From: Laetmonice hystrix
Lineage: Eukaryota
Direction: 5' to 3'
DNA length: 64,000 nt
Assembly (NCBI GenBank): GCA_965235115.1
Contig: OZ249443.1
Span: 4,712,001 to 4,776,000 of the forward strand
Shown here: piece after piece, positions 24,126 to 38,391 of the stretch
Numbering within the stretch: position 1 is the stretch's first letter
How the letters are laid out: each line of letters begins with the position of its first letter
Notes under the pieces: generated by a model
Database searches by the model: none
What the model saw: the letters and a program-made list of their open reading frames with translations, nothing else
Told to the model about the DNA's origin: nothing
Made by a program: the position numbers and the translations under genes

Positions 24126-25298
24126 TTCCCTCCAAGTGAAACAACAGGACCCATAGCAATTATCAATGTTTCAATTTTATCTGGCACTGTCAAGATCGGA
24201 TAATATTACGATTTTCTCTGGTCAGAGGACTTGACAACCTAGTAATGCAGGGTTGCAAACATTCATTCAAGAAAATCCTCGGATGAAAATCCGGTTGATT
24301 TGGGAATTTCCCAGAGAATCTTTGTTTTTCGAGAACACCATTTAAATTACTCACAAAATGTTTTTATTAACTTATGTTCCGAAAATCAAACTGAACTATT
24401 TCATTTCATCATTTCATTTCACGGGGTGGCAGGACTTGACAGAGGTCTTATAACGTGACGACATCATCTTTCTCTGCTAACTGGTACCACAAACATGACG
24501 GGTGTCGTACATTTATCAAATTATACCACTTTTTTACTGTCTGCCTGTCCATTAGCTGTCACAATGCCGGCTAAGCCACACTACCCTGTCCACCAGCATA
24601 TTCTATCTCCTTGCTGTCACACAGGCGGTCACATACTGTGTCACAATTCCTGGTATACGATGACAGATTAATACGTCCACAGTCCTGACCGTGTTCACCT
24701 GTCGGAATATGGTGACTGGTAATTAAACTACTTCAGACCAGGTCGCTGACACCAACCTGTTTTTCTCCCTAACGTGTATCAGGTTTGTCCATGCATTATA
24801 AATCCCCTCATGGATACATGTAATATTTGATCATTATAAGTAATTATAATACCATGTAATGCCATGATTACATTTGTAGCTCGCTTTATAATATTTAATT
24901 TTTATATATAATTTGTGACAAGCTTGCAGTTATAAAAAGTGGTGACGGGAACAATTGGTATTCTGGTCGGACACCTTTGCCTGTTCCAGGATAAAAGGTT
25001 AATATTTTATATTCCAAAAACTGGGTCAGGTCATCATATTTCATGACGGTGGTACCAATGACTCCTGAACTCTGACCTTTGACCCAATTCCTTCTTGCAG
25101 GGGGTCAATAACAAAACAGAGGTGTACAACTTTACAAGACTGAAAAATCTGCTCCTTTTGGTCTTAAGAGACATACTAACTATTTCTCAAACTACGCAGG
25201 AGAATCGTAGTCAAGGAACGATTTTTGAAAGCCTGGAACCTTTTTAATTTCTCTGGGCATTACGGTATCCTTAGAAACCTGTTTTTGAAATCACTCAC

Positions 25299-25608
25299 TT
25301 GGAGGTGTAGGCGTAGTCGACTAGGATTCTGAAGCTGTCATAGTCAAAGCCTTCTAGTTTGAAGTGTGCGGGACAGGAGGACTCGTCAATGGAGAATAGC
25401 TCAAAGAGGTAGACACTACCACAGGCGAGGACGGCACGGTGGGCGGCCACCTCCCGACCGTCTACCTCCAGGAACACGTCACAGAACTGTCCACCCTTCC
25501 TCAGGGTGTTCAGGCGACCCAGTGTCTCCCCCTGGTGGTCAGGGTTTGTGTAGCGGAGACAGAGGTCAGGGACCTCGTCCTCGTCCCGCTCCGAGTCTCG
25601 CAACCAGT
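25299..25608 (-). CDS. IVNS1ABP: IVNS1ABP-like, BTB/POZ exon
   Basis: ..[54 protein letters not shown], against human [54 protein letters not shown]. Phase 1/2. Confidence 0.96.
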
Positions 25609-28581
25609 CTGAAACAGGCAGAAAAAAGTAAACACCTTTTAATATCAGCATAGACAGGTATGGGAATGGACAACATTGTTGCCAACCATCCGGAATAATT
25701 CCGGAAACCTCCGGAAATTCAGGTCACTTTTTCAAGAGGTCTGGAATCCGGAAAAAATGGTCTGGAATCAGGAAAAAATATGTAGAAGTTCAAAAACCTC
25801 CGAAATTCCAGAAATTACGTCTCGGATTTCCGTATTTTCCATCCTCACAGAATTTCAGTAATTCGTGGATAGGTGGCGTTGTGATGGTTTCCTCAATGAC
25901 CTAGTTATATCAAAGCTTACTTCTGGAGGATGTGTCCAACAAGAGTCGGCATCCACGAATAGGTCTGAAAGTTTTGGGTTTCCCAGGTTAGCAACACTGA
26001 CAATTAGAACAATTTTAGAAACAGATCCATGAGCTGAAGAATGCTGTTGTATTCACTTTCCTGCATAGGTGTTGCCGGGGGAAAATATTTATTTAAATCA
26101 ACTCTGTTTTCAATAATTTTCTTGTCCTTTTCACTCTTAACAATAACAAGTCATTTCAGCGAAATATCAAATTAGCACAATACTTTGATACGCATATGTA
26201 TTACCCACTTTCACGTTGGCAACAAAAGCAAATTTCCCACCTGTTACTTCATGACTATGACAAACACCTCGCCATTCGACTATAAACTTTTAGAGACCTT
26301 CTGTATTCCAACACGGTCTGAACAGCTGAGTAAAGTCCCCTTCACATAAACAACATTATACATACTCTGGACGTTCAATGACAGTGTATCATGATCAGAA
26401 ACCTGCTGTCTCCAAACCTGTGAACTCACCTGTTACAGTAACTAAGGTTAGCTATTAACTGCTATTGAAAAGTTAGAATGGCTTTTATAATGAACAAAAT
26501 TAGCTAACAATAGCTACCGCTAAATTTTAACCGTAACACCTTCCACACCAGTACTAATTTTCAAATCGCTATCATTTGTTCCCGCTAAATAGTCCATATT
26601 GTAAATTCACTAAATTTTCTCCCCACTAAATTACACTGTTAAACAGTACCTGATTAAATAGAGTAATATATCACCAAAACTTTCACAAGCTACCATTTTC
26701 TTGTATTTTCTGGTTTAATGATGATAAATACCTGTTTGAATAAAGTAATATATCACCAAAACTTTCACAAGCTACCATTTTCTTGTAATTTGCAATTCCA
26801 TTAATAGATTTCTGTTGGTACTAAGTACATAGTTGTGGGTTTGTAACGTGGTTGTTTGCTGTTGCCGTAGTTGTGCATGCAGCAGTTGAGAGGCATTTAG
26901 TTCATATAGATAGAACTCAATGTCGTATCTTCCAGTAAATGGTGTAAAACTCTACCCAGTTATAAAAATCAAATAATTCTTAAATCCTGCAGACATGGCA
27001 CTTTCAACAGGAAAAAAGTCAATTATTTACATTTGTTTATTTTATATCAATTTTCGCTTTAGAGAAAGGGAAAGCGTAAAATGAGAGATGGGGAGGTCTG
27101 GGGGAAGGTAACAGAGAGCCTCCCCCCCCCCCTCCCCGCCGGCCTGGTAACTGTGTCACAGTCTCAGGTGCCTGTGGACATCTTCCAAGACACGGGGAGC
27201 ACACCTGGACACACTCATACACCGGCCTGGCCGGGTAATATATACTGACACCTCACCCCACCCTGTACCACAGGTCACAGCTGAAACCACTATTAATCAC
27301 CCTATAATAATTAATACTCAGTACCTGGCACCCAAGCCGACATTTCTTTGTAGGCAGGCTGAATCCTGGCCGCGGTATTAAATAAAAGGACTCGATCCAG
27401 CACCGCTAACTGTACAAGTCAGGCTGGCGGCGTGATTGGCGCCAAATCACCGGAGTAGTAGAAGTAGTAAGAGAGGTAGCTACGGTGGCGTTCCCCTGAT
27501 ATATGACGCTAGTAGCCTGGCGCCGGTCACCTTGTCGCCCGAGCGTCCACACCTCCGGTGGACACCTGAGACCGTACTGAGCGTCCTTTCCTACTGTCGT
27601 CAAGACGTAGCACCATCTCCAGTGTTGGTGGTAAGCACGTCAAGAGACGCTCTGGTAGTGCCTTCTCTGCTACCTTCGCAACCATTGCTGCTGCCAGAGT
27701 GACGGCAGAGTCGGGGGTAAATACTGGTCACAAAACGTACTGCCCAGACTGAGGCGCGCGCAGGGCACGTGTGAGCTGTTCCTACCCTAGGCGGATACGG
27801 GTGGAGAGACTGCTGCTGCTGCTGTGCTGCCTCTCCCTCTCCGCATCACCTGTTGTTATTGCCCTTTGGTTGTCAAGGCGACACGGCACAGCTGCCGCCA
27901 CTGTTGTCTTGTGTTGCTGGAAGCTATATGATTTCAGTGTCACAACCACGTTATGAGCCTGCCACGGAGTATTGCTGGGGGGGGGGGGGGGGGGATGCAC
28001 TCACTGAAGGCCCCCCAGAGACTGTCAGTAGGTGTAGTCCCTAGCCACTGTCGGCCTACTTCAATCTCACCGACTGTCGGACTCTGTGTGCGTGTGGTTA
28101 CTACTGTGTGACCATCAGTAACCGGGCACGTTTCATGTGTCCATCTGACGATTGAACTGGTTCAGTTTAACAAACAATATGCTACCTGACCCTGGCTGGC
28201 AAAACATGCTACAATACAGAAACCACTCCTTACATAACCACGACTGGGGACTTAAAATCCCAAAGCAATTAGTGGCTAGTCCTAATCCACTTGCCAAGGG
28301 ATCTGAGACTATTATTCTGATGCGACTTGTTCCATTCCGGTACTCCCAATACGGTCGATGAGTCAGAGTCACAATCGTCAAATCTACTTAAAATAGTCTT
28401 ATCCCAGCCTGAGCCCTTACATGACAACTCAACAAAACCCTAGCCTAACGCTTACCCTCATGATCAGATACTGGCCTTGTAACATGTACAGTCCATGGAA
28501 AGATAAGCCTACTAAAATTTCTCATCCATTACAAATTCCAACTGCAAACAAAATGTGGCAAAACACCACCAGCCACACTTG

Positions 28582-29545
28582 CTAACCCTCCACAAAACAA
28601 AGACCTTCTAACTCTACACAAAACAAAGACCGTCTAACCCTACACAAAACAAAGACCGTCTAACCCTACACAAAACAAAGACCGTCTAACCCTAAACAAA
28701 ACAAAGATTGTCTAACCCTACACAAAACAAAGACCATCTAACCCTACACAAAACAAAGACCGTCTAACCCTACACAAAACAAAGACCGTCTAACCCTACA
28801 CAAAACAAAGACCGTCTAACCCTACACATAACAAAGACCGTCTAACCCTACACAAAACAAAGGCCGTCTAACCCTACACAAAACAAAGACCGTCTAACCC
28901 TACACAAAACAAAGACCGTCTAACCCTACACAAAACAAAGACTGTCTAACCCTACACAAAACAAAGATTGTCTAACCCTACAGAAACAAAGACCGTCCAA
29001 CCCTACACAAAACAAAGACCTTCTAACTCTACACAAAACAAACACTGTCTAACCCTACACAAAACAAAAACCGTCTAACCCTACACAAAACAAACACCGT
29101 CTAACCCTACACAAAACAAAAACCGTCTAACCCTACACAAAACAAACACCGTCTAACCCTACACAAAACAAAGACCGTCAAACCCTACACAAAACAAAGG
29201 CCGTCTAACCCTACACAAAACAAAGACCTTTTAACTCAACACAAAACAAAGACTGTCTAACCCTACACAAAACAAAAACCGTCTAACCCTACACAAAACA
29301 AACACCGTCTAACCCTCCACAAAACAAAGACCATCTAACCCTACACAAAACAAAGACCGTCAAACCCTACACAAAACAAAGACCGTCAAACCCTACACAA
29401 AACAAAGACCGTCAAACCCTACACAAAACAGAGACCGTCTAACCCTACACAAAACAAAGACCTTTTAACTCAACACAAAACAAAGACTGTCTAACCCTAC
29501 ACAAAACAAAGACCTTTTAACTCAACACAAAACAAAGACCGTCAA
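28582..29545. repeat. 26-bp minisatellite, ~37 units (ctaaccctacacaaaacaaagaccgt)
   Basis: 26-bp periodicity seen directly. Confidence 0.95.
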
Positions 29546-30170
29546 GCCAGAGTGTAGGGTTTAGGTTTAACCTCATCCACCAACCTACTTATGATAATAC
29601 GACACTTTATAACCATACGCCACTCGGAATCAATAACCATTCAGTCATCGACGGACGCTTTCTGACGTTGTGAAGTTCAGTAACTCTGACCAAGGTAAAG
29701 ATGCCAGCGTTGCTTGGCGTCCCTGGGCTACATGTAGTATACCTGACTCATGTACACATCAAAGCGGTTATAATCAGCCCAGGTGTTCTCATTATAGTTC
29801 AAGAATTAACTCCTGACCTTTACCGTCCCATCTTATCCTTATTCCGGTACTTATCCCAGTCCAAACATTGCCTTGTTTTATAAGGTCAGCGTGCCTCCAG
29901 AAAAAGGCTCCATGTAAATCTTTCATAAGGTCAGTTATATTTTGTCCGGGACGATCTGTGCCCGATTGGCTGTATCTGCACGTTGAGGGAGATTGCTAAG
30001 TGCCTTGACCTGTGATATGATAGCGAGGGACGCCTGGAGAGAAAATGAGTTGTCACTTATGACTGGGTGGGTGTGTGGGGGAGAAATTTCAATTAAATTC
30101 AATTCAATTTTATCATGAGCTGTCAATTTACCGACATCTTTCTGCACTATTATGGTCTTGTTTCAAACAA

Positions 30171-30408
30171 ACTGAGCCGGGGGGATATAATGAGGCAACA
30201 GACCAATGGTAAACTGGCACGTCAATATTATGTAAATGAGGATGTGTCAATCAATGTCACAATGACCCATCAATCATACATCTGCACTGAGCCGGGGGGG
30301 AGGGGATATAATGAAGCAACATGCCAATGGTGAACTGCCACATCAATATTATGTAAATGAGGATGTGTCAATCAATGTCACAATGACCCATCAATCATAC
30401 ATCTGTAC
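30171..30408. repeat. Tandem duplication of ~115 bp
   Basis: actgagccgggg...atcatacatctg starts at 30171 and 30286. Confidence 0.9.
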
Positions 30409-32827
30409 TGTATCCAGTCATCAGATCAGTGCCCATGGTAACATATAGATGGCGCCAGTGTGTAGCTGACGTATAAGGCGGTCCATGATAACGATGAGGA
30501 AACACACAGCTGGTACAGAAAGATACAACAGGGAAACCTCCCTACAACCTGGCTGGGCTGTCATCTAGCGTGTTTCACAATCAACGTTATCTTGTGTTTA
30601 CATCCGCTTTGAAAATAAATTGGTGTTAGTTTAAACGACAGGTGGGGAGTAGTTTCAAAAAACTCAAATCGCTTTTCTGCTTCAGCAGGGTGATCATATC
30701 GTGGCGCCACCTGTCGGCATAACGGGGCATTCCTCTAGGCACCCTGGCCTGGTTCATAAAGTCAGGCCAATTTGAATTAACTTCAAGTCAATTTTACTCG
30801 AATCTGATTGGTTCAAATGGATTTGAAGTTGGATGAATTTGACTTGACTTTGCTTTGAACCGGGTCCCCGTTCCAACCTATAATATCGATTAGGGAATCG
30901 GCCAGAAAAAACATCCAAATTATCCCGTACAATTTCTGAGGATACGCTTCATTAGGAGTGCTGGTTAAAGACCGATGTTTCACACATACGGCCAACTTGT
31001 ATTACACTGGGGGGGGGGGGGCTGAGCCCTCATAAATGCCTCCCCCGATCCGCCCCTAACAATCAGAGACCCGTATGTACACCTATCCCGGGGAGATCGA
31101 CGCCAGGCGACAATCGATCCGTTCCCTAGCTACGGTTACAACCTGTTGCCGCCAGGTGGTGCTGCGAGTAGCTCTAGCCGCCGTCAGCGGTGATCACTAA
31201 CCCTCCATGGACATTCAAGGTCATAGCGCCTCAGTACGGTCTCCTTTGTCATAAATTAGAAAAAAAACCCATCTATCTTGGATTGGATCTGCGCAAAAAG
31301 GCATTTTAACTCTCCTTCCGTGTCGGAATCAATACAATTTCTACAATTATTGACAAAAACGTCAAGGAACCATTTGCCAATCATTTATCATCAGCGTGTT
31401 TCCGTTTTACAGCCAGGCTCCTGTCAAGTTCACCTAACCACATGAAACGGCTGTGGAGGCCAATTGTTTCTGGGTTGTCCGTACGCTCACCAGCACGCCG
31501 ACCAGTAGTCGACCACAAGGCCGGAACATATAGCGTGGTACGCTGGGAATATTATTTCAGCACAGTGGCAAACGAGAAGAAAAAGTAAATCACCAACACG
31601 ATAACACCAGCATTATGATGGGGGAGGGGGGCTTTTCATGAAACCCGCAGAATTGCGGGCCTTCTAATCCTGCTCTGTAAGCCTGTCAAATCTGACCTTG
31701 AATTCATCAGAATATCACAATATATCAAACCTTTATTTCTCTCGTTATCACAGTAATTATCACTATGCCATAATTACTGCACGGCTAGATTGGAATAACG
31801 GTGACTACGCAGTAAAATCTCTGAACCTTGAAAAAAAAACTCTAGATCGGATCCATACTCCAGACTGCCACATCCTGTTACCATGGTAACTGACATGAAA
31901 TACTTTACGGGTGGCGAAGTCTGTCTCACTTCTACCAGAGGAAAGGTCCACAACCAGAAATATACAAAGGTTTGTGACAAGGATTAATAAGATTAGTGAG
32001 ATGCTGTGGGATACCTGACCTAGTTACTGGAGGGAGGGGAGGATCTGGTCGGCTGCTGACACAGCCGGTTCTCATTGTAACAATGATTTCTAGGTCACTG
32101 ACCTCCTTTCTTGAGGTCACCCTGAGGACACCTTTCCTCACATTAATCGATAAATGGCCCAGCTGACTTGGGTCTGACTCACTGCACGGCGGTCCCGGCG
32201 GCTCCAGCGGCTCCTGGCTGCGCCTGGCGAGCACTGGGTATTACATCTTACTATAACAGCGTGACCATTGCAAGAAATAAAACTCTCACTATTCTATTTC
32301 CTAACTCCCAGTCTGTACAGCTCTGCCCCTACCCTAATGCCATATGTTACCGTGGGGATGACAGTAACATCGCCCACCTGTCTCCCTGCCGTGCTGTCAT
32401 CGTGATAACAGACTCCCCGGATTCAGCGTTTCTACACTCCGCGGTGCTGTGACGCATACATTTAATATAATCCGACCCTTTCTATACTTTAAAACCGCCA
32501 TGTCGGCACTGCGTCATGGCGGAAAGTCTGGAGTTTCTCATCATGTTGAGACTTCCTGACTCCAAATTCCATAGAAGGTAAACAAAGGCTGAATCACCCC
32601 ATCTCTCCACCCCCACCCCCTCCCAGACAGTCAATGTCTGACTCTCTCGGTGACAAAGGACCCCTCCCTCCCGGCCTGCCATTCTCCATCCCTCGTCGTA
32701 TCTCAATCACAGCCCTGGGGTACATCATCTAGTGACTAATGTTTTCATTAATTAATAAATTAATTAATTACACATCCACGTCACCATCCTCACAAACATA
32801 GTCACAACACAGAATATAGTCACAATA

Positions 32828-32984
32828 CAGGGGCGTAGGAAGCTGGGGGCAGAGGGGGCTGCTGCCCCCCCCCCCCCAATATTTATAAAATGACCGCATG
32901 GCTCAATGCAAAAGCATAGGCATAAGTCATTGTGCGTCACTTCTGCCCCCCCCCCCCAATATTTTTTTCCTTCCTACACTACTG
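32828..32984. mobile_element. MITE, 157 bp, with 5-bp TSD (CAATA)
   Basis: TIRs caggggcgtaggaag / cttcctacactactg; caata at 32823-32827 and 32985-32989. Confidence 0.75.
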
Positions 32985-33369
32985 CAATATCTATCCACGT
33001 CACCATCCTCACAAACATCGTCACAACACAGAATATAATCACAATATTTATCAGAGAACAAATTCTCTGGTCTCAAAGAAGACCAAAGGTTGCTGGTAGA
33101 TCGTAAAACAACCACTGACACACTCACGCTGTATCTCCAGCAAAGTTCTCCCTTCTAATACTCATTAGAGAATTCATACTTTATAGCCCTGTACATTGTT
33201 TGTGGTTCTGATACTGTCAGGGTCAACTGATGAATGCTATTTTCCTTGAATAAATGAATAAATAAATGAATAAATGTCCTAGGGATAAGTTTTTTTAGTT
33301 CAAGTAAAAAGTAATTATAAATTATTAAACAAAATATCCACCACCCCTTCCAATAATTGATTAGCTTAC

Positions 33370-33564
33370 CTTCATAGTCCTTGCGTGGGTGGTCGTCCGG
33401 GAGTTCGTAGCCTGGTCCGTCTCTGCGGCCGTTGGTAGTGGGCCCACGGTGGTCTACAGGACCGTAGCCGTTCCCGCTCTCATCACTACTCTGTCCATTC
33501 ACCATTCTACCGGGACTCGTCTTCCTCATCGACGTCGGCGTGGTGGTCACTTGTACTGGCATGT
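33370..33564 (-). CDS. IVNS1ABP: IVNS1ABP-like, second coding exon (N-terminal extension; internal ATG at 33562)
   Basis: cacgttttctccag acceptor, GTAAGC donor. (D)MPVQVTTTPTSMRKTSPGRMVNG...RKDYE; phase 1/1 joins the BTB exon (G|AC TGG). No homology support for this segment. Confidence 0.75.
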
Positions 33565-33585
33565 CTGGAGAAAACGTGAGAACCT

Positions 33586-33730
33586 GGTCAGGTGAGGGGG
33601 GTCAGGTGAGGGAGGTCAGGTGAGGGAGGTCAGGTGAGGGAGGTCAGGTGAGAGAGGTCAGGTGAGGGAGGTCAGGTGAGGGAGGTCAGGTGAGGGAGGT
33701 CTGGTCAGGTGAGGGAGGTCAGGTCAGGGA
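33586..33730. repeat. 14-bp tandem repeat x~10 (ggtcaggtgaggga)
   Basis: Starts at 33601, 33615, 33629, 33643 and onward. Confidence 0.92.
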
Positions 33731-35059
33731 GTTCTCGAATATTGTTGTTCTCAGCCAGTCACGTGATAGTGAGGTTAGGATGATGAAATAGTTGTAGGAC
33801 CTCACAGTTTGAGGTATGTGGTCCATGTTCACAAACTACTGTACATAAAAACATAGAATGAGACAGACATACACGACAAGACTTCTCTCCCTTCCCGCCA
33901 CCTACCTCTAATATTTGTACGCCCATACATTCACAGAAATTTTCGATTAGTCTATTTACCTCTTTTGAGTGAAAAACTTAGTGGGATTCACTTTTGATAA
34001 CCCAGTTGGGAATTTGTTCACGTGATTTCCTCCTGATTACACATGACCTTGACCTTGGTGTGGGTCCATTCGCTATCATTGTCATACGTACTTTACTATA
34101 CTATCACGTCATAACTCTTCCAAAGTCCGTTCTTAGCGTTCCTAAGTGTTATCAACACATCGCAATACAGACATGATCCTAGCGTAAACAACTCTTTATC
34201 ACTGTGTGTCGTTTAGTGTCGTGATATCTTTTACGATTAACTGAAAATTGACCGTTCTCATTTCGCAATAAATTGATTTTTGCGTGTGTGAAGTATCTGC
34301 GACACTGCCATCTCCCTCGAGTATTTCAAGGTCAATCGCTATCTGATCAGTTGGCGGCCACAAATTCTGAGATCAAAATCTTTAATAAACATGGACTGGC
34401 CACATAACTTATCACTTATTTGCATGAATAAACAAAGATAGCTCAAACATCAATCGTGAGAGATTACCTCTTCACCCTCACACATTAAAAATGGAGTCAA
34501 AAACTAGCCACACTAATATCAACGTCTATAAATCATCTTCTCCAGGTGGCAGATCAGAAAACCAAACGATAACCGCCAACCGCCACCCCCCCCCCCCCAG
34601 ACACACACAATTTCTGCGCATATTGTACCGCATATCATGCAGTCCACCGTCTCCTGTGGATTACCCTAGGTATGCGTCTATACCTATCTCTAATCCCAAC
34701 CTCTAACCCTAACCCTACTCTTTACCCCAGATCCCCCCCCCCCACCCAAACAAACAAAAAGCACACAAAAAACAACTCATCCCTAGGCCTATTCCTAATT
34801 TCGAGGGAGTTACGATGGGGGAAAACCCGGACTTCCTGACACTCAGTTTTTCCCACGGTCACGGGTAATCTTCATTTTCTACCCTCCTTCCTCCACACAG
34901 ACTTCTGTTGATATGTTCTCTCTCAGAACGCTAACTCAATATGTTCGTGTCTCAGACCAGACCAGACCCCCAGTGTTAACAATGCAGTAACTCGGCCGCC
35001 TTTCATGTCGTCCTCGGCGGATTACCCAGAAGTCTCCAGTCACAAAGGAGTACGTAATA

Positions 35060-35175
35060 ACTGGGCAGACGGCAATCAATGATCACGCAATACGTCATAC
35101 ACTGGGCAGACGACACTCAATGATCACGCAATACGTCATACACTGGGCAGACGACAATCAATGATCACGTAATAC
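35060..35175. repeat. 41-bp tandem repeat x~3
   Basis: actgggcagacg at 35060, 35101 and 35142. Confidence 0.88.
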
Positions 35176-37358
35176 ACCGTGTCCTTGGATGAGTAATCTC
35201 TCTTACACGGATAACTTAGATCAACGTAAACACTATATTTACGTAAACACCCTGACAAATCGAAAACAAAAAAATCTCATTTTCTATATGGGATGGAATC
35301 AATAAAATGTTCAAAGTGTATAAGTAGACGTCTACAGGTAGCTTGAAGCCGATGCCTTAGGGGCACTTGCCTCTGTCAAATGAGGCCGTAATTAAATCAG
35401 AATTCTGTTTACACACATTTTTAGGTCAGAACACATAACTTATTCAACAGAAGGTGGGGTGGGGATGAAGAAAGGAAGCCTTCACACAACCTTCTAGATA
35501 AAACAATGTCACTATAATTCAATCATACCACCAGTGGCGGAAAATATGATTGCGGTGATTTTCTTTTTCCATGTTCTCAAAGTGCTCAGTATTGAAACCT
35601 CTGATAACAGTAACTGGGCCTGTTTACACCTCATGTCGTTTGGTAAGAAGCCCTGAGAGTCGCTTCCTTGGCCCCCTTGGCCTTAACCTTGCATGATGGC
35701 CTGATGAGATTAATCCATGACGTCCTAACCTTTGTTCGGCAGATATCCTGATGTCCCCGCAGAACAAAGGATGGGAAATGTATGATGATAAATGCAAATG
35801 CCTCCCCCCTCTCATGTTGTTGCTTTATTATTCATCAGCTTGCCTTTTGTTTTTATGTCGTGTCGTGGCCACCCCTCACCTATCTGACATGTTTTACAAC
35901 TGCCCCCGTTCTGTCCCAGCCATGGACCCTCAAGTCTAGACCCAGGCTACCGCCATGGACACTCAAGTCTAGACCCAGGATACCGCCATGGGCACTCAGT
36001 CTTGACCCAGGCCACCAGAGGTGTTCAAGGCGGTCCAGTTGTTAAGGGGCAACTAAATGAACTTGTAATGAGTTAATTCTTCTATACCTGTGTAATCAAA
36101 TCCCATTAACGGCATCCATTAAGATGAAGAACCATCACCGTTAATAGTAAATATTTCTCCAGGACTCCTTCCCCCTAAAATTCCACGGCCTGACTTCTCA
36201 AGGGGCAGGGTGCTTGAGACAGGGTGCTTTGCCCGATGGTCTCCCCCCCTCTGCACCCCCGCCTCATAAAAAACCACATCCTGGACATACCACTGAAACC
36301 CCCCATCTAAAGAAACCACGTTAACACACGTTAGTCGTATTGAAACCAGTGAATGTCAGTGTACTTGCCATGCAAGGTGAATAAGTTCAGTTCTCCCACG
36401 CCGCGTTCGTACGGTCTCTGGTCCACTTCGATGACCAATCGACGGCACCAAGTCGAACCCAAGGTTCCGTGGTTCAAGACTCCGGTTCGTGTGGTGGTGG
36501 TGGACAGGGCTCTGGGTGCAGGTGACGTATCAACTGACCTTGATGGTGAGTGGTTCTCAGAGTTCAGCTGTCACATAGCAACCACCTTCAGTCTTCTTCT
36601 ATACACGTCATCAACCTCCGTCAAAATCTAACACGTCGACTCCTTGAGCAGCTGTCCTGTGTGTGTGTGTGTGTGTGTGCTCTCACACAGCGTGGTTCCC
36701 TGTCAGATGTGATCCTCACAAGTACATTTGTACACTTCGATTCTAAATCCCTCCAATAATCACCATCCGCTCTGTTGTCTACTTGTTGTGAAGGCCACCC
36801 AGGTTTCTAGCCACATGTGTGTATCCAACAGGTTTCTAGCCACATGTGTGTATCCAACACTAAAGCAGTGAATCTGGCCTCCAGCCAATGACTGACTCGG
36901 TAAGGCCCAGCCGGCTCCTGTATACCTTTGTGATGTGGCGTGAATGGCGACTACTTGAGACTTATTTCTCAGCGTAGATTGTGGATTAATAAAAAGTCGG
37001 ACTGGCAGTGGCAGGCGACTGGAAGCCACGTACGGCTTGGTACAGCGCTGGGGAGGCTGTAGATGTTGACACACCTGTGGTCTGGCGCACCAGTGGCGGC
37101 CTGGACTGGAGTCTGCGCATCAAAACAAGGTTGTCATGGCGGTGACGTGGTTAGTGACGGTTGGGGGGGGGGGAGGGGGCAGGTTGCTGGCTCTGGTCAA
37201 CAAGTCGGTTGAGTAGTGCGGTGTATTGGTGTTTTTAAGTCCTGACGGAAACCAATGGCCATCATCAGGATAGGAATAATTTCCTGTGTTTTATTTTATT
37301 CGGTCCAGTCAGGTGATGCTGCTAGGGGATGACGACGATGATGATGAGTGGGGGTGGG

Positions 37359-37497
37359 CAGGGGCGGATCTAGCTTTCAGGAAGGGAGGGGGGGGGGGGT
37401 GTTTGAGTGAAGGTGTACTGAAGGAACCCCTGAAAAGGGTCCGGGTTGTTTTTTTGGCTGCAACCCCCCCCCCCCCCCCCTCCCAGATCCGCCACTG
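37359..37497. mobile_element. MITE, 139 bp, with 5-bp TSD (GTGGG)
   Basis: TIRs caggggcggatct / agatccgccactg; gtggg at 37354-37358 and 37498-37502. Confidence 0.78.
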
Positions 37498-37860
37498 GTG
37501 GGCTGGCGGGTTTTTACGTTCTGTCGGGATATCCTGACCGTCGTCAGTAGGAGATCAACCCCCTCTCTGATACACTGGGGGTGATGATACAGGGGAACCC
37601 CGCCCACCGGGACAACTCCCTTCTCTTTTCGATCATTTGCAAGGGCCTCAGCACTGTGGGAGGGTGAGGGGGAGATCCTGCCAGCAGTAGTAGCACTCGC
37701 CTGGGCCCTAGCCAGAGCATCTGACCACTCCCCCCGACATACCGATCTAAGCAGTAGACACCCGTGAGTGGACCACTGACCACTGTCCACCTCAGGGATG
37801 ATCTGAGGCTCTCACAAGTCGCAGCAGTCTCATCCTGATTGATTGCTGGTCGGATCGGCT

Positions 37861-38391
37861 GTGATGACAGCGTAGGGACAGGAGGGGCCCAGTGGTAACG
37901 GCCCCTGGGATGGAGGGGTGGTGACGGGGTAGGGACAGGAGGGGCCCGGTGGTAACGGCCGCTGGGATGGAGGGGTGGTGACAGCGTAGGGACAGGAGGG
38001 GCCCGGTGGTAACGGCCGCTAGGATGGAGGGGTGGTGACAGGGTACGGACAGGAGGGGCCCGGTGGTAACGGCCGCTAGGATGGAGGGGTGGTGACAGGG
38101 TACGGACAGGAGGGGCCCGGTGGTAACGGCCGCTAGGATGGAGGGGTGGTGACAGGGTACGGACAGGAGGAGCCCGGTGGTAACGGCCGCTGGGATGGAG
38201 GGGTGGTGACAGGGTAGGGACAGGAGGGGCCCGGTGGTAACGGCCGCTAGGATGGAGGGGTGGTGACAGGGTACGGACAGGAGGGGCCCGGTGGTAACGG
38301 CCGCTGGGATGGAGGGGTGGTGACGGGGTACACGGACAGGAGGGGCCCGGTGGTAACGGCCGCTGGGATGGAGGGGTGGTGACGGGGTACA
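37861..38391. repeat. 57-bp G-rich minisatellite x~9
   Basis: Unit ggaggggcccggtggtaacggccgctaggatggaggggtggtgacagggtacggaca; accounts for the 19-aa periodic ORFs. Confidence 0.95.

Noticed and set aside
27406-28044. Cluster of short ORFs in a GC-rich patch
   Set aside because: No recognisable domain or consistent exon structure; kept only as a possible regulatory island.
36353-36631. 92-aa plus ORF; its antisense frame contains RLVIEVD (DUF559-like look)
   Set aside because: A single short motif, an internal stop, weak splice sites and no other family residues recognised.
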